64,000 nt of DNA from Polyangiales bacterium (GCA_965227405.1 OZ245758.1:1641693-1705692); one strand, 5' to 3'; shown: positions 29,701 to 40,219, numbered from the stretch's first letter. Program-made: numbers and translations. The notes: generated from the letters alone by a model not told the origin.

Positions 29701-30179
29701 AGCGGCGGACGTTAGCAGCTTCGCGAACGGGCGCGTCGGGAGCCGGGAAACCCTTTAACTTTTTCGAAGACTCCAAGACCTGCAAAGACGCCAAGTCGTG
29801 GGTTGGGCGAGTATTTTTTCCCGGAAGAGGGGAAGGCGGGAAGACGGGAAGAGTTTTTTTTTTTTCTCTTGCCGGTCAGCGTCGTTCCTTTTGAGCGCTC
29901 GTTCGCTCCTAGCTCCGGGGCGTTTTGCGCTGCTCACCGCTTCGGATGTCTCGCTCGTGCTTCCTTCCTCCGAGCAACACGCATGAAATCAAAACGCAAA
30001 CCCATCGCCGGCCTCATGCAGCGTGTCCTCGCTCTTCGTGCGTTTTGACCTCGTCGCCGCAACGCGAAGTTGGGATACATGCGCGACGTGTGAGAAGTGA
30101 AAAACGCCTCGAAGATGGGTGCGCACGAGATCCGGTGGAACATCCGCAGGTGTCGGGAAAAAATCAGTCCTTCCCATCT

Positions 30180-30345
30180 TCCGGCTAAAAATACTGGCGC
30201 TACTCGACGACCGTCTTCGCAGGGTCTTGAAGTCTTGACTGGTTTGGTCGCTTGACCGACTTCGAGAAAATGATCGGTATCCCAGTCTTCCTGCTTCCGA
30301 GCTTTCGAACTTCCGAGCTTCCGGATCCGCGAAGCGGAATGCAGA
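30180..30345 (-). repeat. diverged copy of the intergenic repeat family, copy C
   Basis: contains gagcttccggatccgcgaagcggaatgc plus ttttctcgaag and ggtcttgaagtcttg motifs shared with the other copies. Confidence 0.6.
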
Positions 30346-30362
30346 CCAAGCCTTCCAGAACG

Positions 30363-30394
30363 AAAAAAGGGACACCCCGAAGGGCGTCCCTTTT
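30363..30394 (-). terminator. intrinsic terminator of the cysteine-protease gene
   Basis: minus-strand RNA GGGACGCCC-UUCG-GGGUGUCCC (9-bp stem, one G-U pair, UUCG loop) followed by UUUUUU, 20 nt after the stop codon. Confidence 0.7.
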
Positions 30395-30414
30395 CCAGTC
30401 TTCGCAGACCTGGA

Positions 30415-32301
30415 TTACTCCGTAAGAATCTCGATGCTCCAGGAGTTCAGCGTTCCTTGGTCCACTTCGGCCAAGTCCGCCACGTTCAACGTGTAGGTTC
30501 CCGCTGCGTCGCCGCTCAGACCTTCCACGGTGAACGTGCGCATCAGGCGGTCGCCCTCAACCAGGTCTTCACGCATCAGCTCGATGGCCGAACCACCGTC
30601 CTTCGAGATGCTCACGACGAGGTCGCCGATGAACGAGTGGGTCACGTCGATGGTCACGCGCACGGTCGAGATGGTCCCGCTCTCGGTGATGACAATGTCC
30701 GAGTCCACGCCCGCCATGTCGTTGTCCGGAATGACACCCAGCGTGTCGTTCATGCCGTTGATGGTGCTGGGCATCGAGCCGCAGTCGCCACCCGCACACG
30801 TGGTCAGGTGAAGGGTCCACGAGTTGAGCGTTCCCTCGTCGGCGTTCGCGTTGTCGATGACCGTCAGGATCCAGTCGCCAGCGGCGTCTTCACCATCGAA
30901 GTCCGACACGTCGTAGGTCGCGACAAGATCGTCGGCGCCTGCACCCTCGCGCTCGAAGAGCGTCACGGTGCGGTCGTCCTTGGTCAGCGTGACCGTCAGG
31001 TCGCCACGGTAGGTGTGGGTGATGTCCACGTCGACGCTCACGCCGCTAAGCGTGCCGCTGTCCGCCACGGTGATGGTGCTGGTCGCGCCCATCGCGTCGT
31101 TGTCGGGAATCGCCACCGGCGCTTCACTCGTGTACGAGCCGGCCGGGTCGACGCACGCGCGGTCCATCGAGCATGCCGCGTCTGCGCAGTCGATCGCACC
31201 GTTGAAGTCGTCGTCCTCGCCGTTGCCGCAAATCTCGTCGATCGCGAGCTCGGGCTTGTCGGCGATGTAGGCCGAAAGGTAGCGCTGAACGTACTCGTAC
31301 GAGATCCAGCCGTAGCCTGCGCCGAACGGGTTCTCCGTGGCCCAGCCGTCACCCCAGCTGTTCTTGAAGAGGAAAAAGCCGCGCTGCATGATCGGGTCGC
31401 CGTTTTCGTCCTCGGCCAGGTTGCCCTCGGCGTCGATGGCCTGAACCTCGAGCTCGTCGCTCCATCCCACGAGAAGGAACGAGTGACCCGCGCGGTGCGT
31501 GTTCGACGAACGAACATCTTCCGCGTTGGGCGTCACGACGTAACCGAACTGGCGGTAATCGCCATACGTCGGGATCTCCGATCCGCCGTGGCCCCATGCC
31601 TGGTAGTAGAAGTCGCCGCCGGCCTGAACGGCGGTACCCGTGTTGAACATGTGCGACTTGATCGACTCGGGACGGGTGCTGATCCAGCGACCACTTGAAC
31701 CAAGGAACCAACGCTGTGCCATCAACGCGGCCTCGGGCGGCTCTCCGTTGGTGTGGCAGCGCGTAGGCTGATCGCTCTCTTCGCCGTCGCACTCGGGATC
31801 ATTCGTAGCGGTCCAACCGCTGGCCTCGTACGGCCAGTCCGACTCGAGCACCGAACCGTAGCGGGCGAGTGCGCGCAAGTTCGTCGAGGCGTTGCTGCCC
31901 GACGTGTTGCGGAACGCACCCACCTCAAACTTGGTCGACCACTGAAGGAACTGCTCCGAGAAGTCGGGCATCGTCAGCGTGCCTTCGACGATGTAGAGGT
32001 GCTCCTGGTACGCGGTCGTTCCGAAAATCGAGCACACGCCGCGACGGCCCTGGCTCTTGATCGGTGACTGCGTGGCAACCAAATCAAACGTTGCGGGAAG
32101 CACCTCGTCGAACTTGCCTTCGCTGGGCAAGTCGCCGTCGCAGGCTTCTTCAACGCTCGGGTCGCATCGCAGTGCGTCCGGGTTGCTTTCGAGTCCAAAC
32201 AGGACGTCGTCATCGGTGAGGGGCGGTTCGCCGCCATCGCCGCACGCGAAGGATCCGGCAGCGAGGGCACCCGCAAGAAGAAGGCGGAAAGCTCGATTCA
32301 T
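30415..32301 (-). CDS. secreted papain-like (C1) cysteine peptidase with two C-terminal proprotein-convertase P-domains, lipoprotein
   Basis: lipobox MNRAFRLLLAGALAAGSFACGDGG; C1 catalytic residues QGRRGVCSIFG (Cys), GHSFLLVGW (His), FKNSWGDGW (Asn); two P-domains with GDLTVTLT.. and GDLVVSIS..; alternative start ATG 32325. Confidence 0.8.
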   Translation of the reverse strand: MNRAFRLLLAGALAAGSFACGDGGEPPLTDDDVLFGLESNPDALRCDPSVEEACDGDLPSEGKFDEVLPATFDLVATQSPIKSQGRRGVCSIFGTTAYQEHLYIVEGTLTMPDFSEQFLQWSTKFEVGAFRNTSGSNASTNLRALARYGSVLESDWPYEASGWTATNDPECDGEESDQPTRCHTNGEPPEAALMAQRWFLGSSGRWISTRPESIKSHMFNTGTAVQAGGDFYYQAWGHGGSEIPTYGDYRQFGYVVTPNAEDVRSSNTHRAGHSFLLVGWSDELEVQAIDAEGNLAEDENGDPIMQRGFFLFKNSWGDGWATENPFGAGYGWISYEYVQRYLSAYIADKPELAIDEICGNGEDDDFNGAIDCADAACSMDRACVDPAGSYTSEAPVAIPDNDAMGATSTITVADSGTLSGVSVDVDITHTYRGDLTVTLTKDDRTVTLFEREGAGADDLVATYDVSDFDGEDAAGDWILTVIDNANADEGTLNSWTLHLTTCAGGDCGSMPSTINGMNDTLGVIPDNDMAGVDSDIVITESGTISTVRVTIDVTHSFIGDLVVSISKDGGSAIELMREDLVEGDRLMRTFTVEGLSGDAAGTYTLNVADLAEVDQGTLNSWSIEILTE

Positions 32302-32458
32302 GCGCAGGAGTAAAGCACGCCGCATGCCACAAAGGTAGGAAGCCACTGGTTGGAAAGATCGAGGAAAACGGACCCGTTGGTTGGGGATCCTCACGCGATC
32401 GGTGGCGACCCCAGTTGCCAGAGGAGCCCTTCGAGTCGCCAGCAAGTAGGGTCCGGCG

Positions 32459-33625
32459 GTGCGCAGTGAATGGACACTCGAGCCGGACCTCGCCTTTCTC
32501 AACCATGGATCGTTTGGCGCGTGTCCGCGTGAGGTGCTCGATCGTCAGACGGCGATTCGGGCGCAGATGGAGGTCTCGCCCGTTCGCTTCTTCGTGCGCG
32601 AACTCGAGCCCATGCTCGCCGAAGTTCGCGACCAAGTCGCTCGTTTCGTCGGCGCCGAGCCCACGAACATCGCGCTGATCCGAAACGCCACCGAAGGCGT
32701 CAACGCTGTACTTCGCTCGCACACGTTTGCAGCGGGGGACGAGATCCTCGTCACGAACCACGGATACAACGCGGTCGCCAACTGCGCGCGTTGGGTCTGC
32801 GAGCGCTTTGGCGCGGAACTGAAGGTCGCCGATGTGCCCTTCCCGATCGCCGACGAAGACCAAGTGGTGGAGGCCGTACTCGCGGGCGTCACCAACAAGA
32901 CAGCGCTCGTCATCGTGGATCACGTCACGAGTCCGACCGGCGTTGTGATGCCGGTGAAGCGCTTGGTCGACGAACTCACACAACGCGGGATCCACACGTT
33001 AGTCGACGGTGCGCACGGCCCTGGCATGTTGCCCTTGCAGCTCGAGTCACTCGGCGCGGCGTACTACACTGGCAACTTCCACAAGTGGGTGTGCGCGCCC
33101 AAAGGCGCAGCGTTTCTCTACGTCCGCGAAGACCGGCAAACCGGTTTGGTTCCGCCGGTGATCAGTCACGGCTACAACTCGCCACGAGATCGTTCTCCGT
33201 TTTTGGAGATGTTCGACTGGACCGGCACGGGCGATCCCAGCGCGATGCTCTCTGTGCCCGCTGCGTTGCGCTTCATGGAACGCTTTGGAACCTGGGAGTC
33301 GATTCGCGAACGGAACCGCGCCGTGCTTTTGGAAGCGCGCGACTTGCTCTGCGACGCCCTCGACGTTGCACCACCGGTACCCGACTCGATGCTGGGGTTC
33401 CTCGCTGCTCTGCCGATTCCCGATGGTGATGCAGGCCCACCCAAGAGTTCTCTCTACATGGATGCGCTGCAGATCGTGCTCTATGAGAAGCACCGCGTGG
33501 AAGTCCCGATCGTGCCCTGGCCTGCGCCACCCAAGCGGCTCGTGCGGATCAGCGCGCAGGTCTACAACGAACGAAGCGACTACGAACGACTCGTCCAAGG
33601 ATTGAAGGCAGAGCTATGGAGCTGA
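32459..33625 (+). CDS. class V aminotransferase (isopenicillin N epimerase / cysteine desulfurase-like)
   Basis: fold type I PLP motifs; PLP lysine context ..YYTGNFHKWVCAPKGAAFLY. Confidence 0.8.
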   Translation: MRSEWTLEPDLAFLNHGSFGACPREVLDRQTAIRAQMEVSPVRFFVRELEPMLAEVRDQVARFVGAEPTNIALIRNATEGVNAVLRSHTFAAGDEILVTNHGYNAVANCARWVCERFGAELKVADVPFPIADEDQVVEAVLAGVTNKTALVIVDHVTSPTGVVMPVKRLVDELTQRGIHTLVDGAHGPGMLPLQLESLGAAYYTGNFHKWVCAPKGAAFLYVREDRQTGLVPPVISHGYNSPRDRSPFLEMFDWTGTGDPSAMLSVPAALRFMERFGTWESIRERNRAVLLEARDLLCDALDVAPPVPDSMLGFLAALPIPDGDAGPPKSSLYMDALQIVLYEKHRVEVPIVPWPAPPKRLVRISAQVYNERSDYERLVQGLKAELWS

Positions 33626-35058
33626 TTCGCAACTGTGCGTACATCAACGGTGAGTGGACCGACACGAGTGCGGGCCGTTTCCCGGTGACCGACCCTGCGA
33701 CCGGTGACGTCATCACCGAGGTCTCACGTTGCGGGACCAACGACGTGCAACGCGCAATTCGATCGGCCGAACGCGCACTCCCGGCATGGCGAGCACTTCC
33801 GGCGGCCCATCGGGCTGCTGTGTTGCGTCGGTTCACCATGCTGATGGGCAAGCACGAGGATGAACTGGCTCAGCTGCTCACGCGCGAACAAGGCAAGCCG
33901 CTGAACGAAGCACGTGGAGAGATTCGCTACGCGGCATCGTTCACGGATTTCTACGCAGAAGAAGCCCGTCGCATCCACGGCGAGACGATCCCTTCGCCGG
34001 ATCCGCACTCCCGCATCGTGGTGTTGCGTCAGCCGATCGGAATCGGTGCAGGCATCACCCCGTGGAACTTCCCCTCGGCGATGATCACCCGAAAGCTTGC
34101 ACCTGCATTGGCTGCAGGGTGCACGTTCGTCCTCAAACCCGCTGAAGGCACGCCACTGAGTGCGCTAATTCTCGCGGGGCTACTTGAACTCGCTGGTGCA
34201 CCTCCCGGTGTGTTCAACGTTGTTCCCGGTGCTGCCGAAGATGCGGCCCCCATCGGCAAAGTCTTGTGCGACGACCCGCGTGTTCGCGCACTGAGTTTCA
34301 CCGGATCGACCGCGGTCGGAAAGCTGCTGCTCGGCCAATGTGCGTCGACCATCAAGAAGGTGAGCTTGGAGCTCGGCGGCAACGCTCCCTTCATCGTGTT
34401 CGAAGATGCGGACATCGAAGAAGCCGTGAAGGGCTGCATGGTCGCCAAGTTTCGAAATGCGGGGCAGACCTGCGTGGCAGCGAACCGCATCCTGGTGCAC
34501 GACAAGGTCTACGACGCGTTTCGCGATGAGCTCGCATCGCGAATCGGGCATCTCCAGGTCGGCAACGGCTTGGAAAGTGGCGTTACGATCGGACCGCTGA
34601 TCGATAGCGATGCGGTGGAGAAAGTCGAAGAGCACCTGCAGGACGCGCGCGACAAAGGCGGTTCGATCAAAGTGGGTGGCAACCGTCACGCGCTGGGTGG
34701 AACGTTCTTCGAACCCACGTTGGTCGAGAACGCGAGTGCCGACATGCTCATGGCTCGCGAAGAAACGTTTGGTCCGGTTGCGGCGCTTACGCGTTTCGAG
34801 AGCGAAGAGGATGCGATTCGCGTGGCGAACGACACGCCGATGGGACTGGCTGCGTATTTCTACTCACGCGACGTGGGTCGGGTGTGGCGCGTGAGCGAAG
34901 CCCTCGACTACGGCATGGTCGGTGTGAACACCGGCATGATGTCGACCGTGTTGGCACCCTTTGGTGGCGTGAAGGAAAGCGGCTTGGGGCGCGAGGGTTC
35001 GCGACACGGAATCGACGAGTGGACCGAGCTGAAGTACGTCCGAATGGCCGGGCTTTAG
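33616..35058 (+). CDS. gabD: NAD(P)-dependent succinate-semialdehyde dehydrogenase
   Basis: ALDH motifs GITPWNFP, LELGGNAP, catalytic Cys in GQTCVAANR, EETFGPV; overlaps the aminotransferase gene by 10 bp. Confidence 0.9.
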   Translation: MELIRNCAYINGEWTDTSAGRFPVTDPATGDVITEVSRCGTNDVQRAIRSAERALPAWRALPAAHRAAVLRRFTMLMGKHEDELAQLLTREQGKPLNEARGEIRYAASFTDFYAEEARRIHGETIPSPDPHSRIVVLRQPIGIGAGITPWNFPSAMITRKLAPALAAGCTFVLKPAEGTPLSALILAGLLELAGAPPGVFNVVPGAAEDAAPIGKVLCDDPRVRALSFTGSTAVGKLLLGQCASTIKKVSLELGGNAPFIVFEDADIEEAVKGCMVAKFRNAGQTCVAANRILVHDKVYDAFRDELASRIGHLQVGNGLESGVTIGPLIDSDAVEKVEEHLQDARDKGGSIKVGGNRHALGGTFFEPTLVENASADMLMAREETFGPVAALTRFESEEDAIRVANDTPMGLAAYFYSRDVGRVWRVSEALDYGMVGVNTGMMSTVLAPFGGVKESGLGREGSRHGIDEWTELKYVRMAGL

Positions 35059-35069
35059 AGTGGCAAGTG

Positions 35070-37274
35070 CTAGTAGATGGGGTCTGGTTCGGGTGGCTCA
35101 CCGAGCGTCACCCAAAAACCAACGCGTTGGTCTGCCAGTTCGTGAATCGTCCATTGACGAACCGCTTCGGACAAACATGCGCGCAACGCGCGAAACTCCA
35201 CAGATCCTCCCATCGTCCGCGCGATCATGACTTCGCCGGCTTGGTCCACACGAAAGCTGATGTGCAGATCCGCGGCCGCTTGTGGGTCGGCGGTCAACAT
35301 CCGTCGAGCACATGCGTCGAGCGATTCGCGGTGCTCTGCCAAATATGGTTCAAGTGCGGGTTCCTCAAAAGCGAACGCGAAACTCAAGGGTTCTTCGGCA
35401 ACAGACTCGCCGATTTCCATCGGCAGCGGGGTCCACTCGCGCTCGGGCAACTCATCGACAACGACGAGCTGGTATCGATAGGTCCGGCCGAGCACGACCA
35501 TCGCGAGATCGGCAAGGTGTTGCACCGTCACGCCTTCGTGTGGCTTGACGAGCACCACGTAGTTCGTGACGTCGTGAACGCGTTGCTCCTCAATGCCCTC
35601 GGGAAACGGAAGGACTTCACCGGTCTCGAAATCTCGCACCTCGCGAACAGGTTCGGTTCCAAGCTCGACCGTGAGAAGGACGCTAAACAGCGCGTTGGGA
35701 TTGCAGGCGCCACGTGGCCACCACACTGAAAACGCACCAAGCGAGTCACGCAAGGCAATGTTCGAGAGTACCGGCAAGGGCTCTGATTGCGGCGGAGCGG
35801 GGGCGTCCATCCGTCGACCGACGAGAGTCACCGAACCGAACTGATGTAAGGCCCGAAGCAACGGACGGGCCTGGGTTCGAGCGTCGGCGATCGCGGTCAG
35901 AGGCCGGCCGCCACCGATCGCACAACCATCGATATACCCGCTCGGAGTGGCGAACCTGGCGGCCGTTCTGCGCGCTCGCCGTCGGAGTTCGGCAACCTCC
36001 TCGTCGCTGATGTCCTGAGACGGCCCGTATCGATTGGACGGCCTCTTTGTCGGCGGTGGCGTGCCCCTCGATCGCATTCCGTGTCCTGGCGATTCTTCAA
36101 CCTCGTGAAGCCAAGCCGGTTCATCTTCGACGATCTCTTCAAGGTACCGAGCGTGTTCCTCCTCTCGTCTTTGCTGCTCTGCTTCGACCGCGGCGAGAAC
36201 ATCGTCGACGGGCTCGCCACCGAGGGAAGCTGTGGCGTCCGCGTCAATAACAACCCAGGGTTCTCGACCGTAGTCGTCAGTGCGCACGAGCTGGAGGTCA
36301 TCGGTCCACGGCACTTCCGTCCACCGCTCGATCGTGTCCATGGTGGCGTTCGTCGTGACGCGATGGAGTACCAACGTCATGAGCAGCACCACGACAAGGC
36401 TGACCGTTTGGGCGACTCCCGTGCGACGAAGCGACTCTGCAGCAATCACGAGTGCACCGACGCCCGCCGCAGCCACTGCGATCAGACTCGCTTCGGCAAG
36501 GGCAGTCTCCCCCTGTGCCACGGTCTCGTAGATCTCGATTCTCGCGCGCGTGCTCACCTGAAGCGCCATCAAGAACCCTTCAGTTCGATTCTTCAGCAAC
36601 ACGACGGCGCAGGCTCCGATCATCGCCAGCACACCAGAGGTTGCCGCGCCGAACGCAGCTTCACGTCCCGCAGCAAAACCGAGTGACGCCGCAACAACCA
36701 CGGCGGCGAGTGCCACGAGACTTACGATTGGCGCCTCGGTAACGACCAGCGCCGGTCCAGCACATGCCAGCAGCCCACATGCAACGCCAAGAGCTGCGAG
36801 TGCCCGCTTGCGTTCGCCCTGCGAACGCACTGCGAGAACGACGGCAATCGCTCCAAGCAACCCCATCGATAGGAGCACCCCCAACCAAGCGATGTCGGCC
36901 GCGGACGCGTACCCGCGCAATGCCATTTCACCGTGCGACGACCAGTCTGCCTGCTCCAGTGCTTTCTCGGCGGCGCGCATGCGATACCGCATGCCTCCCA
37001 AGCCCGACAGCCATGGGAGAGTGCCTGTGAACACAATCAATGCTGCTGGGATGCGCCGTCCGTGACGCCTCAACCACAACAATACGCACGCGCCTGCCAA
37101 ACCAACTACACCTGCCGCGGCGATGACAACTCGCCATTCCGTGTAGACAATGCGCGAGCCGATATCGCTCAGAAGCGCGGTGAAGGCAGCAACGAGTGCG
37201 ACGGACAGAATCGGGAGCCCGACCTCAAGCCACGCGCTCTTGCGTTCGTGTTTGCGCTCTTCCCCCCGAGGCAT
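35070..37274 (-). CDS. polytopic membrane protein of unknown function, paralog A
   Basis: N-terminal ~330 aa with ~8 TM helices plus a ~400-aa acidic soluble domain; starts MPRGEERKHERK; collinear homology to the adjacent paralog. Confidence 0.65.
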   Translation of the reverse strand: MPRGEERKHERKSAWLEVGLPILSVALVAAFTALLSDIGSRIVYTEWRVVIAAAGVVGLAGACVLLWLRRHGRRIPAALIVFTGTLPWLSGLGGMRYRMRAAEKALEQADWSSHGEMALRGYASAADIAWLGVLLSMGLLGAIAVVLAVRSQGERKRALAALGVACGLLACAGPALVVTEAPIVSLVALAAVVVAASLGFAAGREAAFGAATSGVLAMIGACAVVLLKNRTEGFLMALQVSTRARIEIYETVAQGETALAEASLIAVAAAGVGALVIAAESLRRTGVAQTVSLVVVLLMTLVLHRVTTNATMDTIERWTEVPWTDDLQLVRTDDYGREPWVVIDADATASLGGEPVDDVLAAVEAEQQRREEEHARYLEEIVEDEPAWLHEVEESPGHGMRSRGTPPPTKRPSNRYGPSQDISDEEVAELRRRARRTAARFATPSGYIDGCAIGGGRPLTAIADARTQARPLLRALHQFGSVTLVGRRMDAPAPPQSEPLPVLSNIALRDSLGAFSVWWPRGACNPNALFSVLLTVELGTEPVREVRDFETGEVLPFPEGIEEQRVHDVTNYVVLVKPHEGVTVQHLADLAMVVLGRTYRYQLVVVDELPEREWTPLPMEIGESVAEEPLSFAFAFEEPALEPYLAEHRESLDACARRMLTADPQAAADLHISFRVDQAGEVMIARTMGGSVEFRALRACLSEAVRQWTIHELADQRVGFWVTLGEPPEPDPIY

Positions 37275-37302
37275 CCTGCGAGTCTACATGCCGACCCCGA
37301 AA

Positions 37303-39462
37303 CTACTCGCGGGGGGATTCCCCGAGTCGGACCCAAAAACTGAACCGCTGTTCGTGGTCGTTGGGACGAAATCGCCACTGCTTAACCGCGTCTGCCAAAC
37401 ACCCACGCAACGCACGGAGTTCCACCGCGCCACCGATTGTACGTGCCGATGACACCTCGCCGCTCGGCGCCACGCGAAAATAGATCGACATGGTACCTGC
37501 CAGTTCGCGGTCGAGTGACAGAGCGCGTCGTGCACATTGATCGAGCAGTTCGCGACTATCGGACATCCGATGGCGGAGTTCCGCACGCTCGCGTGGAGGA
37601 CCAAAGGTCAGCTGTTGTTCAGCCACGGACTCGTCGATGTCCGTAGGTAACGGAACAACGACTCGCTCGGGCAACTCGTCGACGAGCACGAGGCGATACT
37701 TGCCCGTTAGCGCCTGCAGGGGTGCAGCTAAATCGGCAAGATCCTGAATACTCGCGTCACCAGTCGACTCCACGAACATGATGAAGTAGGCGTTCGGCTG
37801 ATCGTCGCGCCGTTGTTCCAACCCATCTGGAAACGCCAACGTTTCGCCCGTCTCAAAGTCACGTACTTCACGAACCCGATCCGCGCCGAGTTGCACCGTG
37901 AGCAAGACATCATGCAGCGCGTTGGGTTCGCATTGGGTCCGTGGCCACCACACTGAGAACTGAGTCAACGAGTCGCGAAGGGCGATGTTCGACAAGATCG
38001 TGAGCGGTTCCGTATCTGGAAGAGGACGTGCCTCTCGGTAGCGACCCACCAACTCCACAGTCGCAAGTTCACCAAAGAGTTCGGGCAACGCGCGAGCCTT
38101 CGTTCGTGCGTCAACCACTGCAGCAACTCGTTCTCCCCCACCGATCGGACAGCCTTCGATTTCTTCCATAGGCCGCATTGAGGCTTGCTGAAGGCGGCGC
38201 GTCATCTCGCTCTCCTCATCGGGAGGCCGACCGATGGCGTGGCGGTTCGTGTTGTCTTCTGGTTCGAGCCACTCTGGCTCTTCCTCGTGAATGTACCCGG
38301 GTGGGTAGCCGTACTCCTCAAACTCGCGAGCACGGTCTTCGTGTCTTCGGCGTTGCTCCGCCCTCACCCTCGCAACGACATCATCGACCGGCTCGCCCTG
38401 AAACCAGACTTCTTCATTCTCCAGCACCACCAGCCATGGCTCCGATGCGTACTCGTCAGGAGTACGAGCGAATTCGAGAGTCTCCGGCCACGCATGGTTG
38501 GTCCAACCTTCGATCATCGACATGCTTGCGGCTGTGGAAACCCGATGCAGCGCCAACGTGATCAGGACGACGACAACAACGCTCACCGCACGCAACACCG
38601 GCGTTCGTCGAAGCGACTCTCCGCACAACACCAGCGCACCTACGCCCACCGCCGCGATCGCGATCCAGCTCGCCTGCAGTAGCGCTGTTTCGATCTCTGC
38701 AATCGTCTCGAAAATCTGCATCCTCGACTCCGCATCCACGCTGGCGACAACGCCAAATCCAGGGATACGACCTTCGAGTTGAGCAACGCCGCACGCCGCT
38801 GTTGTCGCAAGAAACCCCGCGGCCGCAGAACCAAACGCACTGGGTCGGCCTGCGCTGAGCCCGAATGACACCGCCGCAACGACAGATGCAAGCGCGACCA
38901 ACGCTGCGATCGGTGCTGTTGCAACTGCCAGTGCAGGCCCGACACATGCGATGACGCCACAGCCCACACCGAGCGCTACGAGAGTCTGGCCGCGATCGCC
39001 ATGTGCGCGAACCGCGATCACAACCGCGATGGATACCAACAGACCGCAAGAGAACAGCAGACCAAACCACGCGCTGCTACTCGCTTCGGCGTAACCGCAC
39101 AGCGCCATGATGCCGTGCATCGACCAGTCTGCGTGTTGCAACGCGCGGTCGACCATGCGCATGCCGAAGCGCATCCCGCCAAGCCCCGTAATCCAAGGAA
39201 GCGTGGCAACAAAGATCGTCAGCGCGACCGGAACGTTTCGTCCCTGGCGAGCCAGCCAAAGCAGAACACAAACGCCAGCGAGCCCACTGATCCCCGCAGC
39301 AGAGACGGCGTAAAACCACCAGCCCATGCTAGGAATGCGGTCGCGAAGTTCGTTTCCGAGCAGCAGCGCGAGTGCGAACACAACCGAGACCGACACCATC
39401 GGCAGAGCGATCTCGATCAGCGCGGCCTTTCGTTCGCGCGATTGCTTTTCCCCCCGCGGCAT
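37303..39462 (-). CDS. polytopic membrane protein of unknown function, paralog B
   Basis: same architecture as paralog A (MPRGEKQSRERK..; ..LSNIALRDSL..FSVWWPR..NPNAL..VREVRDFETGE..); 28-bp spacer to paralog A. Confidence 0.65.
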   Translation of the reverse strand: MPRGEKQSRERKAALIEIALPMVSVSVVFALALLLGNELRDRIPSMGWWFYAVSAAGISGLAGVCVLLWLARQGRNVPVALTIFVATLPWITGLGGMRFGMRMVDRALQHADWSMHGIMALCGYAEASSSAWFGLLFSCGLLVSIAVVIAVRAHGDRGQTLVALGVGCGVIACVGPALAVATAPIAALVALASVVAAVSFGLSAGRPSAFGSAAAGFLATTAACGVAQLEGRIPGFGVVASVDAESRMQIFETIAEIETALLQASWIAIAAVGVGALVLCGESLRRTPVLRAVSVVVVVLITLALHRVSTAASMSMIEGWTNHAWPETLEFARTPDEYASEPWLVVLENEEVWFQGEPVDDVVARVRAEQRRRHEDRAREFEEYGYPPGYIHEEEPEWLEPEDNTNRHAIGRPPDEESEMTRRLQQASMRPMEEIEGCPIGGGERVAAVVDARTKARALPELFGELATVELVGRYREARPLPDTEPLTILSNIALRDSLTQFSVWWPRTQCEPNALHDVLLTVQLGADRVREVRDFETGETLAFPDGLEQRRDDQPNAYFIMFVESTGDASIQDLADLAAPLQALTGKYRLVLVDELPERVVVPLPTDIDESVAEQQLTFGPPRERAELRHRMSDSRELLDQCARRALSLDRELAGTMSIYFRVAPSGEVSSARTIGGAVELRALRGCLADAVKQWRFRPNDHEQRFSFWVRLGESPRE

Positions 39463-39479
39463 TCCGCGAGTTTATACAG

Positions 39480-40211
39480 CTACACGCGTATTTCGGGAAT
39501 CGCTACGTTTGCAGGGCGAATCTGTAGGCGACGTCGAACATCGTCCAAATCGTCTTCCCACATGTCCTCAAAGCGAACGACCGGAAGAAACGCTGCTTCT
39601 GCACCTCGCTGAAACCCTTCCCACGCCGCAGCCACAACTTTGCGCGCATGTGGGGCCAAGCGAACGGTTCCGATCAACGTGAGCAAAGCAGAACTCGGCA
39701 TGCGCATTTGCGCGTAGCTAAACGCTTGGAGTGCGACCTCTCCCGCGACGTCGGTTTTGTATCCGGTGAGCACGTGCCAGATGTCGTGCGTCTGCCGAAC
39801 ACGCTGCGCGAGATACGCCGGAACCTCAGGCAGTCCGGGTGGTGCTTGAAAGAGATCGGGGTCCAGGTTCTCCGCATCAAGATAGCGAACATACGCACCA
39901 CCCAAGGTCGATGCCGGTAGTGCACGCAACGCATCGAAGTCGATGTGCTTGGAATCGATTGCGGGACGATCAACGAGCAGCTTGGAGCCTTCGGCGTCGC
40001 CTGCCATGCGTGCGAGGAAACGCTTCAAGTGCGGCGCGTTGAGAATGATGCCGAGTAGAAAAACTTGCTCGGTGTCGTTCGGATCTTGATGCAGCGCGCG
40101 CATTGCTCGGGTTGCGACCTGCACCTTCTCCCGCGGCGTCCCGTTGAGCGCAGTCCGAACAGCGTGGAGCTCGGGATTTTCGGTCGCTTCGAAATTCGCA
40201 TTCATTTCCAT
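39480..40211 (-). CDS. Coq4-family (ubiquinone biosynthesis protein COQ4-like) protein
   Basis: HDxxH-x11-E zinc-site motif THDIWHVLTGYKTDVAGE; 243 aa; 18 bp upstream of membrane paralog B. Confidence 0.6.
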   Translation of the reverse strand: MEMNANFEATENPELHAVRTALNGTPREKVQVATRAMRALHQDPNDTEQVFLLGIILNAPHLKRFLARMAGDAEGSKLLVDRPAIDSKHIDFDALRALPASTLGGAYVRYLDAENLDPDLFQAPPGLPEVPAYLAQRVRQTHDIWHVLTGYKTDVAGEVALQAFSYAQMRMPSSALLTLIGTVRLAPHARKVVAAAWEGFQRGAEAAFLPVVRFEDMWEDDLDDVRRRLQIRPANVAIPEIRV

Positions 40212-40219
40212 GGCTTCCT

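Noticed and set aside
30457-31698. 413-aa plus-strand ORF inside the cysteine-protease gene
   Set aside because: Antisense to a gene with the C1 catalytic triad and P-domains; Arg/Val-rich junk.
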